Below, in pieces: positions 29,822-39,499 of a stretch of DNA of 64,000 nt. The position numbers and the translations under genes were made by a program. The DNA lies in IMG/VR virus record IMGVR_UViG_3300012020_000005, positions 17,460 through 81,459 of that record. One strand, 5' to 3'. Position 1 is the first letter of the stretch. Every line of letters begins with the position of its first letter. The DNA comes from a virus (Duplodnaviria; Caudoviricetes). The notes under the pieces are model-generated. The model had not been told where the DNA came from. It did not search any database and saw only the letters and a program-made list of their open reading frames with translations.

Positions 29822-31645
29822 TTAATTACATTTTTTAATTATTTTTAACTTTCTCACTATAGTCTCAAAGTTGTTTTTCACTTTATCTCTGTTTCCATAT
29901 ATATCTCCAAACCAAGAAATAAATTCAGGTGTTCTAACTAATTTCCACTGCTCTTCATTTAAATTAGATATTTTTCCATTTGGAGCAAGTAAGTTTCCAT
30001 TTTTATCTTTTACACCCTCAATATTTTGTTTTACACCCTCATTTACACCCTCAACACCAAAATACATCTTATACAAAAATATAGCTTCTGCGTTTTCAGC
30101 ATTGTTATAAATACTGTCTTGTTTTGTTATTTGCTCTTGAACGTATTTTTCTAATGTTGTGCCCTTTGGATATTTTTCTGTGTATGTTCTTAGATTATTG
30201 TATAGTTCTTCTAAGCTTTCTTTTGCCGTTTGTATGTAAATACCTTTACCTAATTCTGATTGAATTAAACCTTTACTTTCATACAGCTCTTCTTCTGTTT
30301 TATTTGTGTTTAATTTTACGTAAGTTCTATCTGTTTTGTTTGATTTTACTATATCTTTTTTTGGCGTTGTATCTCTTTCAAAATATGTATCTGATTTTTC
30401 TGCATATACTTTTGTATTTTCTTTTGTCGGCGAATTTATAAAATTTTTAGTTGTGTCTAAATAATCTAATAAATCTTGGTCAATGCTTTTATCTGATAAA
30501 CCTATTGCATCAATACCTTGTGAAATTAAATCATTTTCAATAGCTTTTAAAACTATTCTTGTTTGTTCTTCTCCTTGTTTTAAAGTATTTAAAGATAGGT
30601 TTTGTATGCTATCTATTAAATCTGTTTTAAAGTTTTCTTTTACTACTATAGGTAGAATTTGTTCTGTGTTGTTGTTTTTTGCGGAAATTATTTCTCCCTC
30701 TAAAGTTTCTATTAAAACATCTGCTTTTTTATAGTTTTTTGCTTCTTCTGAGAAGTTTTCTGCGCCGTAAGGCACTTCGTTATCTTCTGATAAAACAATG
30801 GCTTTAATAGCTTCTTTTTTTACAATATTTGGATTTAAATTTACTAATTTACCAAAAGCGTTTTTTTCATTAATTTGGTTAATTTCTCCTGTAACTTCTA
30901 TTTTTGGTGTGAAGTCGGTATTTAAAAGTGCATCAACAGCTTGTTTTACTTTTGCTTGGTCAATAGTCATTAATTCATAACGAGAGTAGTATTTTTGAGG
31001 AATTTTAAACATTCCAAATTCGTCATAAAAATCTTCTGCTTTAAAGTTTGGAGTTGAGATTAGTACGTTAATTAAATCGGCTTTTTGATTTTGATTTAGT
31101 TGTGATTCTGTTTTGTTATTTGAAGCTACGTAATTTGTAACTTCTTGTAGGGTTGGTTCTAACTGTACCTCTTCGCTTATTAGCTCCAACCTATCAAATG
31201 CTTTTTCGTACTTATCAATGAGACTACGTATTTCATTCTCTGAAACTCCATAATCTTCTTTTATTAAATCATAGTTTAATTTTTCTAATACTTCCCCATT
31301 TATTATTCTCTCAATAATAGGGAATAAATCTTCATAGTTAGATGATAATGGTAACACTATATCAGAATAAGCTTCAAAAGCTTTTTTAGCATTTTGATAA
31401 TTTTTATTACTCTCTAAATCTTTTTTTGTAAAGATAGGTGTATTCCTATTTAACTGTTTAGTTTTTATCTTCTTTTTTGGCGTAAAAAAATCTAAAAAGG
31501 AATTAGATTTAGAAACTAAATACAGTTCCAATCCTTTCTCTTCTCCAAATTTATCAACAGCCTCTTTATATAGTTTAGAGGGTTGTCCTGAATCATCAAG
31601 AACTTTTACTATTTTTCCGTCAATATATTGAATATTACAGCTCAT
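29822..31645 (-). CDS. Internal virion protein (polyvalent-type)
   Basis: MSC start; C-terminal LAPNGKISNL...QW..VRTPEF..WFGD. Confidence 0.65.
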   Translation of the reverse strand: MSCNIQYIDGKIVKVLDDSGQPSKLYKEAVDKFGEEKGLELYLVSKSNSFLDFFTPKKKIKTKQLNRNTPIFTKKDLESNKNYQNAKKAFEAYSDIVLPLSSNYEDLFPIIERIINGEVLEKLNYDLIKEDYGVSENEIRSLIDKYEKAFDRLELISEEVQLEPTLQEVTNYVASNNKTESQLNQNQKADLINVLISTPNFKAEDFYDEFGMFKIPQKYYSRYELMTIDQAKVKQAVDALLNTDFTPKIEVTGEINQINEKNAFGKLVNLNPNIVKKEAIKAIVLSEDNEVPYGAENFSEEAKNYKKADVLIETLEGEIISAKNNNTEQILPIVVKENFKTDLIDSIQNLSLNTLKQGEEQTRIVLKAIENDLISQGIDAIGLSDKSIDQDLLDYLDTTKNFINSPTKENTKVYAEKSDTYFERDTTPKKDIVKSNKTDRTYVKLNTNKTEEELYESKGLIQSELGKGIYIQTAKESLEELYNNLRTYTEKYPKGTTLEKYVQEQITKQDSIYNNAENAEAIFLYKMYFGVEGVNEGVKQNIEGVKDKNGNLLAPNGKISNLNEEQWKLVRTPEFISWFGDIYGNRDKVKNNFETIVRKLKIIKKCN

Positions 31646-31647
31646 AA

Positions 31648-31764
31648 TTAGTTTGTAGGTAATTGTATTCTTTTTAATTCTTTTTTAAATCTTTCTTCCT
31701 CGTCATACTCTAGTGCATCTGCTAATCCTAAATATTTTTCTATTAAAACATCAACGCACTGCTC
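31648..31764 (-). pseudogene. 3' part of a small gene interrupted by the tnpB element
   Basis: 38 open codons with no start (EQCVDV...LPTN*); joins in frame to the 5' part at 32949-32987. Confidence 0.55.
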
Positions 31765-32948
31765 TTGACAACTCTTACAATAAAGTAAGATTCTTGAAAA
31801 ACGCTTGGTCTATTGACCTACGTTAACTTCCATCAGAGATTGCCCTCTCTGTAATATGTTTAAACAAGCTTGGTCGTCTGCATTCATAGCTAAGCCACAC
31901 TTAACACATTCAAACAAACTTTGTGTTTTTCTGTTTTCTTTACAAGTGTGTCCACAATTTGAACATTCTTGAGAAGAATAAGCAGGATTAATTTTTACAA
32001 CATTTGTTTTGTATTCTAACATTGCAAAGAAAGTTCCCCAACTACAGTCTAAAATATGTTTAGCTAATTTGCTATTTTTTACCATTTTAGCAATTTGTAA
32101 GTCTTCTCTAATTACTGTTGAGTAGTTATTAGCTAAACTTCTACTTTGTTTGTGTAGAAAATCTTTCCTTACTCTACTTACTTTTAAATACAAACGTTGT
32201 AAAACTTTTACTTGTTTCTTGTAATTACTTCCACCTCGTTTCATTCTTGATAGCTTTCTTTGCTCAACTCTTAACTCTTTTAAATATTGAAATAAGTGTC
32301 TAGGATTTTCTACAATCTCACCGTCTGACGTTGTTAAAAATCTAGCAATCCCCATGTCAATAGCACAAACAGATTGATTCTCTCTGATTTGTTCTAAATC
32401 TTGTTCTTTTACAACTACTTTTAAATATAGTCCATCCGCTTCTTTGACTATATTTGCTGTTCTTAGTTCTCCTTTTGGTATTTTTGAATTAAATAATTTA
32501 ACTTTACCAAATTTGGGTAAATTAAACTTACCATCTTTTTCAAACCTTAAAATAGGCTCTAAATTTCTTAACCTCGCCTGTTTAAATGGTAAATTTATCC
32601 ATTTATCTTTTTTAGCCAATTTTGGTTTTGAAGTTTTATTTCCTTTCTTTAAGTCAGTAAAAAACTTTTTATACCCTAATTCTAATCTTTCTAATGTAGC
32701 TTGGAGTGTTTGGGCGTTTACTTGTGTTAACCAATCAAAATCTTTTTTAGCTTCTGTAAGTTGTTTAGATAAATCATAGTAATTAATATTTACCCCTTTT
32801 TTAAAGGACTCTTCTCTAACTTCAATTGCTAAATTATACACATATCTGCATATCCCTATTTGCTCTTCAAACTTGCGTTCAACAGCTTTATTAGGTTTTA
32901 GTTTATATGTATATGTTTTTATCATTGTATTTTTATATTAATTGTAGT
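31765..32948 (-). mobile_element. tnpB-only IS200/IS605-family element
   Basis: Right end GAATCTTAC-TTTATT-GTAAGAGTTGTCAA (hairpin + TCAA); left boundary inferred after TTTGAG from frame restoration; no tnpA. Confidence 0.7.
31810..32925 (-). CDS. tnpB: TnpB RNA-guided endonuclease
   Basis: N-terminal HTH (YKLKPN), RuvC-I IDMG, RuvC-II REDL, CxxC...CxxC zinc finger, RuvC-III NADD. Confidence 0.92.
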   Translation of the reverse strand: MIKTYTYKLKPNKAVERKFEEQIGICRYVYNLAIEVREESFKKGVNINYYDLSKQLTEAKKDFDWLTQVNAQTLQATLERLELGYKKFFTDLKKGNKTSKPKLAKKDKWINLPFKQARLRNLEPILRFEKDGKFNLPKFGKVKLFNSKIPKGELRTANIVKEADGLYLKVVVKEQDLEQIRENQSVCAIDMGIARFLTTSDGEIVENPRHLFQYLKELRVEQRKLSRMKRGGSNYKKQVKVLQRLYLKVSRVRKDFLHKQSRSLANNYSTVIREDLQIAKMVKNSKLAKHILDCSWGTFFAMLEYKTNVVKINPAYSSQECSNCGHTCKENRKTQSLFECVKCGLAMNADDQACLNILQRGQSLMEVNVGQ

Positions 32949-32987
32949 CTCAAATTGTAGTAGTTGTTCTTTTTGTTTTGTATTCAT
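32949..32987 (-). pseudogene. 5' part of a small gene interrupted by the tnpB element
   Basis: MNTKQKEQLLQFE immediately downstream of a TAnnTTTG promoter. Confidence 0.5.
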
Positions 32988-32991
32988 TTGG

Positions 32992-33022
32992 CAAATGTAT
33001 TAAATTAATTTCATCTGTGCAA
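32992..33022 (-). promoter_or_regulatory. Bacteroidota-type primary sigma promoter upstream of interrupted gene / tnpB
   Basis: On - strand: TTG - 20 nt - TACATTTG. Confidence 0.6.
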
Positions 33023-34751
33023 ATTCTTCAAGGAATTTCTTTTCATTTTCTGTGTATACTCCTCCTTGTTGTTTACTTTCTTGTCCTTGTGTTGCTAAAT
33101 ATGATGCTCCTGCTATTGGAACTACCACAGGTAATTTATTCATTTGATTAGCTAGAAACTCGGCACTATTTTTATTAGCTATATCAAATATTCTAGTAGA
33201 ACTACTTTTTGTATATTTATTTTTAATTGGGTTTTTAGAAAAATACTGCATGCTTTTTTCTATTATATCAGGAGTAATAGGTTCATATATATCTTTTATT
33301 AAACCCTTATTTAACATTGCTTGTCTTGCTTCTGCCAAAAACGAACTAGGTTCTTTTCCTTTACTTCCCGTTAATAAGTAAGAAAGCGCAGCTTCATCTG
33401 CATCACTACTTCTTTTTTTAGAAACTAAGCCAGCTTTTCTATTTTCTAAATTACTAAAATGCTCTATAATATCCTTATCTATTTTGGTTTGTCTACCATT
33501 TTGTAAAGCGTGGTTTATTTCGTGGTCATAAACTCCAATGTCTTCTGCATATTCTCTTCCTATTGCTATTTTTCCAGGTTTAATAGTTCCTTCATCTAAA
33601 ACAAAACCTTTATTTACTTTTTTTAAAAAATCTAAGTTTATAGCGTTATTATAATCTCCTCGAAAATAGGCATTGTTTTTAGGAATACCAAAATCTAAAA
33701 ATGGATTTACATTTATGTTTGGATTTTCTAACTTTGCATTTAAAAAGCTTTTATTTAAGTTTTCTGTTTGTGCTAATTCGTCTATTCTAGCATTTGCATT
33801 TTTATTTGCTTTTTCTATTAAATCTCTCTCTCTACTATAAGGATTTATATTTCTAGTAATCTCTAACTCTTGATTAACTAGCCTATTAAAACCCTCTTCT
33901 GTTTGTAAATTTTTTATTTTAGATTCTAAAGCATTTTCCAAATTATCAGAGCCTATTTTATACAGTGGTTTATTTCTATCCCTAAAAGTGTGATAAACCT
34001 GCTCTGTTTGATTTGGTAATTTTTTTATATCTTTAACTGCTTCTTTAATTATTACTTTAGGGTTTTGTATTATCTCTTTTCCGATTCTGACAGCATCTAA
34101 TGCTCTATCTTTTAAACCAAATCCTGCTAAAGGGTTGGCTAAATTATTTACAAACTGCCCTGTATTTTGAGTTCCTAATCCTGCTAAAGCACCAACAGCT
34201 AAAGGCATTCCTACTGATGTAACATAAGGTAAAATAGAATCTGATTGCTGTGCTTGAAGAGGTGATTGTCCTAAATTAGAAGCCATATTACCAACCATAT
34301 TAGCAGGATTTACCCAGTCATCAAAAAAGTTAGGTGTGTCTGAAACTCTATATTGTGACTCTAATCCTTTAGCGGAAATTGCTAAATTTTCTCTTGTCCA
34401 ATTTGAAGGTTGTACAATACCTGAAAAAGTGTTTAATGGATTTTTATTAGATTGTTCCCTAATATATTGCCTTTCGTCTGCTATTTCTTGGTCTGTTTTG
34501 TTTCTTGCAACTTTTGAAGTTAATTCAGGTCTGTTTTTAGTGACTACTTTTGTAGCATCGGAAGACTTTAAATTTACTTCTTTATTTTTATTACTTTTAG
34601 ACTGCTCTTTTAGATTATTCAAGAAATCTTTGTCTTGCAACAATAGTTTTAACTTGGCATCTTTTTCAGCTTTTACTTTAGCTTGTTGCTTTTCCCAAGT
34701 TCCACCTTGTTGCATTTTATAATGCTCATCTACTAATTCAAATACATTCAT
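33000..34751 (-). CDS. Virion-module protein with zincin-like HExxH motif
   Basis: DHEINHAL followed by EAR; QQGG near both termini. Confidence 0.6.
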   Translation of the reverse strand: MNVFELVDEHYKMQQGGTWEKQQAKVKAEKDAKLKLLLQDKDFLNNLKEQSKSNKNKEVNLKSSDATKVVTKNRPELTSKVARNKTDQEIADERQYIREQSNKNPLNTFSGIVQPSNWTRENLAISAKGLESQYRVSDTPNFFDDWVNPANMVGNMASNLGQSPLQAQQSDSILPYVTSVGMPLAVGALAGLGTQNTGQFVNNLANPLAGFGLKDRALDAVRIGKEIIQNPKVIIKEAVKDIKKLPNQTEQVYHTFRDRNKPLYKIGSDNLENALESKIKNLQTEEGFNRLVNQELEITRNINPYSRERDLIEKANKNANARIDELAQTENLNKSFLNAKLENPNINVNPFLDFGIPKNNAYFRGDYNNAINLDFLKKVNKGFVLDEGTIKPGKIAIGREYAEDIGVYDHEINHALQNGRQTKIDKDIIEHFSNLENRKAGLVSKKRSSDADEAALSYLLTGSKGKEPSSFLAEARQAMLNKGLIKDIYEPITPDIIEKSMQYFSKNPIKNKYTKSSSTRIFDIANKNSAEFLANQMNKLPVVVPIAGASYLATQGQESKQQGGVYTENEKKFLEEFAQMKLI

Positions 34752-37700
34752 TATTTACAATCTGTATTATTTAAACCTTCTTTTAATTCTTCTTCCGACA
34801 CAACTATTTGTTTTTTAAGAAAATCATATTGTTTTATTAAACTCTTAGCTTGTCTAATTTTATCTATGCCTATTGTTTTTTCTAAAGACTTTGGTACTTT
34901 ATCTGAAAATGCTTGACGTATTACTTTAACATTATGCATTTTATCCAACTGATTTGTAGCTTTTATAAGTTGATTATCATCGAGAGTGTTAGTATAAGTT
35001 GTATCTTCAATAATATCTCCTTTACTATCCACATATTTAACACCTGCATTAGTGGCATAATCTTTAGCTAGTTCATAGGCTAAATCGCTTAATTCTGTTT
35101 CCACCTCTGATAAATTATTATTTTTATCATCTAAAGTTACTTTTATTTCAGTATTTTTATATGATACTCTTAATTTAGCATCTGAAATAGCTTGGTCTAA
35201 GTTTTCTAAATCTATGTTTATTTGTGCATCTTTTACAAGATTTTTTATTTTATAGTTTTTATCCGCCAAAGTTTTAGCGTCTACAAATACTTTTTTATCT
35301 TCAAATGCTTTTCTTGTTTTATCTAACTTCTCTTGGTCATTAATGTCATCAAAAGCAAGTTTTTCAGTTTTTATATTTTCCTTTATAATAGCATCATTAA
35401 TTTGTAATATTTTTTGCTGCGGTGTAATTGTAGATTGTAAGATACCATCAAATAAATCTATTTGAGGAGTAGCTGTTTTTACCATAGAAATAGGATAGGC
35501 TATTGAATAAGCCCCCTTTTTTATAACTATTAAAGGTACTTTTTTATCTGTTGTTTTTGATAGTTTGCTAACAAAAATTGTACTTACATCTTGTATTTCT
35601 CTGTTTAAAGATATTTGTCCATTCTCAATAAATCCTGTCGCTATAATTTGTGATACGCCTGCTTCTGTTATTGGAATATTTGTAGGCGTATTATTTTCAG
35701 ATGACATTGTTATTTCAGGAGACCCAAAAAATATATTCTCTGTCTCTAGTTGAATTCCTAATTTCATTTTATCAGGTTTTTCTTGCTCTTCCCATCTTTT
35801 AAAAGCTTCTTCTCTTATAGCTAAAAAGTCTTCATCTACTCTACCATCTCTTAAAGCTTTTAAAGTAGATACCTTTCTGCCACTAGCATCAACTAAATAT
35901 ATTTTTAACTGCTCTTTTGTTCCACCAATAGCTGTTTTATTCCATCCATCTATATCGTCTATTTCTAAAGTTAATTTATCTCCTTGTTTTTGTTCATATA
36001 TAGCTTTAGAATCTACCTCATTTTCAGAAAAATCAGAAGTTTTTTTAACAAATTCATTATTTTTTACCTCATATATGTTTTTATAACTCCAATTAAGACC
36101 ACTGTTATAAATGTACAAGTTTAAAGCCTGTTGTCTTACTTTAAAATCATCTTGGTCTATTTCTATTTGCCCTCCTGATAAATAAGTTAAAGACATCCCA
36201 TCAACCTCTACTATATCTTTGGGTTTTAACTTATCTAAAGATACCTCTTTTTCAACTCCATTTCTTTTAACTATGTAACTTCCTCCAAGTCTATCAACTA
36301 TAGTTTGCATTTTAATATGAGCAAGTCTGTATTTGTTTGAGTCTTTAGGTTTTACTACTGTAGCACTGCCATTTGTATTCTGAGCTAACGTATAATCGTC
36401 TGTTATGTTTGTACCCTCTAATCCGTCATTAATTTGTTCTACATCCTCTGCAATAATCTCATCTTTAGTATCCTCTACTTCTATTTGTGTATTAGCTTGA
36501 TTAATCCAAGTAATTAAATCTGCAACCGATACTCCATCCTCATCAATAGAAGCGTCAAACAATTTCCATCTTGAAAGTTTAGCTTTTAATTCTTCATCAG
36601 CTTTGCCGTCTTTAAAAGTTTGTATTTCTTCTTGTGTTGGTTTTGTTCCGTCTTCTACGCTTATTAAGTCTTTATACCTTGTTTTTAATAGATTTTCTAG
36701 TTTTTGTTTATATTGCTCTAAAGGGGATAAAACTTCTTTGGGTTCTTCTTGTTTAGCCTTTGTTTTAGTATTGTCTTCTTCTATGGATGTTACTTCCTCT
36801 GTTGGTTGTTGGTCTTCCTCACTTAATCTTTTAGTGACAGAATCAGCATAGTCGTTTAAAATTTCTTGTAACCACTCCTGAGAGTCTATGTTCATAGCTT
36901 TATTTTTAGCTATTTTTCCACCAATATAACTACCAATATTCTCTAATTTAAAATCTTTTGAAGATATAAGTCTATTTGTTGCTTGTGATTTTAAGAAAAT
37001 ATCTTTAGCTTGTGAATATTCATCTAATAAATCATTTAAATATTTTGCTCTTTGAGGATTAGAAACTTCTAAAGATTTTAAAGTAGTTTGAAAATTTTCA
37101 ATGTTTTTATCAAGTCTTAAAATATCTTCGGCAGAAATAGTTGTTCCACTAAAGTTTGAGTCTAAAGTGGTGTTACTAAGTTGTCTTAGTCCTTGTTTAT
37201 TAACATTATAGGTATTTATTTTATCTGCAATATCATTAGCTTCTGAATTTAAACTATTTATAGCTTCCTCTGTTTCTAATAAAGCTTTTGTAATCTCGGC
37301 TCTTTTAGTTTTTTGAGAGTCTGTTGTTTCTAAAACATCTAATTTAGCTATTTGATTGGTCAGTTTTGTTCTTTTAGCTTTTAATGCTGTATTTTGATTT
37401 TGTAGTAATTTTAATTGTTTAGCGTTTATATCAGCAACTTCTTCAATAGATTTTAAAGCATCTAATGTTTTAGCGTGTTCCTCTCCTACTTCATAACTAA
37501 CTGCCACTCTGACATCATCCATTATTTTATTAGCGTTTTCACCAATAGTAGACTGCCAAGTTAATGCCTCAATAATACTTGCATTTTTACCAAAATTACC
37601 TATAATACCATCTATCGCACCAAAAGTTAAAGATTCTTCTCCAACTAATTTATCTCCAATAATGTATTGCCAATACTTTTTATTTGTTTTCCATTCTTTT

Positions 37701-39499
37701 GCTAAAGTATTTATTTCAGCTAGAGCGTTGTCTTTATATTCTTGTACATTTTCTATGCCTGCTTCTTTCCATTGGTCTGCTGTCATTACATCCATAGATT
37801 TACTAAACTTTTTAGTAATATCATCAACAGATGAACCCATAATTAACTCTCCATTTATGAAAGCTAATTGACCTGATTTTTTAGCCATTTCAGATTTTGT
37901 TACATTTCCTTTTAGAGCTTCATCTTTAGCTTCTAAAGCAAACCCTTTTATCCTATTGGCTGTTTGTATTTTACTTGGAAGAATTATCTGTTGTAAGGTT
38001 TTATCCTGAAAAGTATTAGCCATAGCTTTTTTATACTCCAACTCCTCAGTAGTTTGTTTCATTTCTGACCGTGCATTAACACTTCCCCCTGCAATACCTA
38101 TAAGGATTCCTAGTCCATTTTCAACCCACCCTTCTTTTGTTCCATATTGTTCGCCAATAGCTTCATTAAAAGCTCCTATAGAATCAAATGTCTCTTTTGA
38201 TAATTTTGGGTTATAAGTGTGTTCTAACCATTTAGAGTTATATTTTTGAATAAGTCCTTGCCCCCCTTCTTCAAATATCCCCTCTGTAAAAGCAGGTTTT
38301 GCTACATAATTAAATGTGAATCTTGCTACCTTTTGTGCTCCTGTTCTCTCTATTGCTTTAAAACTTCCCTCTGCTGTCTTTTCTAATCCGTAACCAAAAG
38401 CCTTTCTATCTATAAAATCTGCAAGTCCTGTTTTAATTGGATTTTTAATATCTAAAATACTTCCCATCATAGCTAAATTAGATACTCCTAAAATAGCCAT
38501 ATTTGCTCTAAATACAGTGTTGGCTTTGCTTTCTAAATCTTTGTTAAATTTAGCAATGTCTTCTGCGTTAGGCTCTCTGCCATTTAATTGTGCAAAATTA
38601 CTATAAAACTTTTCCTCAGCTTCTTTTTTAAATTGTAATGCTTCAACAGAAGCTTCATATCCTGCTGAACGTGCCATAAATCCAACAGCAGAACCTGTTT
38701 CTCCTATTTTACCTAATGCTAGGGCTAAATTTTTTGTTTTTGTACCTGCGTTCATCATATCAGGCAACTCCATATAAAGTCTCTTATATTTTGATGTGGC
38801 ATTTAATACTTGACCTACATCTTCTGCTCCTTCAACTCCCCATCGTGCAAATCTTCCTAGTTTTGGAGCAAGTCTAGCCATACTTGTAGCTAAAGAAGTT
38901 CCTCCTGTTGCATAAGCCCAAATACCTTCTGATACTAATGCACCTGCTGTAAAAGATAGTCCACCCAAAAATTTATCAGCCAAAAAGTTAGAAGTATCTT
39001 GGGTAAGTTGTTGCCCAAAATTCATTTCTTTTGCTTGTTTTGTATAATAATTTGGAAGTTGATAATTAGTTTTAACATCTAAATCATTCAACCAATTACT
39101 AAAATCATTATCATACAAAGAAGAAAAACTTCCATTTGATAAAGCACTTCCTACTCCATAAACTAAACCTGCTGTTCCTCCTACAACTGCATTGACTGTT
39201 TTTGATAAGGCTTTTGTAACTCCATTTGCCCATTTATCCCCTGTTGTTTGTTGTTGTGCAAGTCTTTCCTCATTATCTGTTCCTGGGATAAAGTTTTCAA
39301 ACATTCTTACTTTTTCCCCTGAATCTAATGTTTTATAAACCGTACTCTCAGCAAATGGTGTTATTTCAGAAAAACTTGGCTTACTTACTTCGGGTTTTAT
39401 TAAAGTTATTTCAGGTGGCATTACGCCACTATTTTTTTGGTAAGATTGTGGTGCAATACTTAAAGTATCTTTTTTTATTTGGTCTAATAATTCTTCCAT
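34751..39499 (-). CDS. Large ejection / internal virion protein, 1582 aa
   Basis: Gly/Ala-rich hydrophobic segments in the N-terminal third, coiled-coil-like middle, position in the virion module. Confidence 0.65.
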   Translation of the reverse strand: MEELLDQIKKDTLSIAPQSYQKNSGVMPPEITLIKPEVSKPSFSEITPFAESTVYKTLDSGEKVRMFENFIPGTDNEERLAQQQTTGDKWANGVTKALSKTVNAVVGGTAGLVYGVGSALSNGSFSSLYDNDFSNWLNDLDVKTNYQLPNYYTKQAKEMNFGQQLTQDTSNFLADKFLGGLSFTAGALVSEGIWAYATGGTSLATSMARLAPKLGRFARWGVEGAEDVGQVLNATSKYKRLYMELPDMMNAGTKTKNLALALGKIGETGSAVGFMARSAGYEASVEALQFKKEAEEKFYSNFAQLNGREPNAEDIAKFNKDLESKANTVFRANMAILGVSNLAMMGSILDIKNPIKTGLADFIDRKAFGYGLEKTAEGSFKAIERTGAQKVARFTFNYVAKPAFTEGIFEEGGQGLIQKYNSKWLEHTYNPKLSKETFDSIGAFNEAIGEQYGTKEGWVENGLGILIGIAGGSVNARSEMKQTTEELEYKKAMANTFQDKTLQQIILPSKIQTANRIKGFALEAKDEALKGNVTKSEMAKKSGQLAFINGELIMGSSVDDITKKFSKSMDVMTADQWKEAGIENVQEYKDNALAEINTLAKEWKTNKKYWQYIIGDKLVGEESLTFGAIDGIIGNFGKNASIIEALTWQSTIGENANKIMDDVRVAVSYEVGEEHAKTLDALKSIEEVADINAKQLKLLQNQNTALKAKRTKLTNQIAKLDVLETTDSQKTKRAEITKALLETEEAINSLNSEANDIADKINTYNVNKQGLRQLSNTTLDSNFSGTTISAEDILRLDKNIENFQTTLKSLEVSNPQRAKYLNDLLDEYSQAKDIFLKSQATNRLISSKDFKLENIGSYIGGKIAKNKAMNIDSQEWLQEILNDYADSVTKRLSEEDQQPTEEVTSIEEDNTKTKAKQEEPKEVLSPLEQYKQKLENLLKTRYKDLISVEDGTKPTQEEIQTFKDGKADEELKAKLSRWKLFDASIDEDGVSVADLITWINQANTQIEVEDTKDEIIAEDVEQINDGLEGTNITDDYTLAQNTNGSATVVKPKDSNKYRLAHIKMQTIVDRLGGSYIVKRNGVEKEVSLDKLKPKDIVEVDGMSLTYLSGGQIEIDQDDFKVRQQALNLYIYNSGLNWSYKNIYEVKNNEFVKKTSDFSENEVDSKAIYEQKQGDKLTLEIDDIDGWNKTAIGGTKEQLKIYLVDASGRKVSTLKALRDGRVDEDFLAIREEAFKRWEEQEKPDKMKLGIQLETENIFFGSPEITMSSENNTPTNIPITEAGVSQIIATGFIENGQISLNREIQDVSTIFVSKLSKTTDKKVPLIVIKKGAYSIAYPISMVKTATPQIDLFDGILQSTITPQQKILQINDAIIKENIKTEKLAFDDINDQEKLDKTRKAFEDKKVFVDAKTLADKNYKIKNLVKDAQINIDLENLDQAISDAKLRVSYKNTEIKVTLDDKNNNLSEVETELSDLAYELAKDYATNAGVKYVDSKGDIIEDTTYTNTLDDNQLIKATNQLDKMHNVKVIRQAFSDKVPKSLEKTIGIDKIRQAKSLIKQYDFLKKQIVVSEEELKEGLNNTDCK

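Noticed and set aside
29100-29900. Group I intron carrying the GIY-YIG gene
   Set aside because: The ORF abuts both neighbours with 0-2 nt gaps, I could not see ribozyme core elements, and the downstream gene has its own MSC start. RT-PCR would be decisive.
31795-31809. tnpB element ending at TTCA (31795)
   Set aside because: This also restores a frame, but the hairpin + TCAA at 31765-31790 matches the usual IS200/IS605 right-end layout better.
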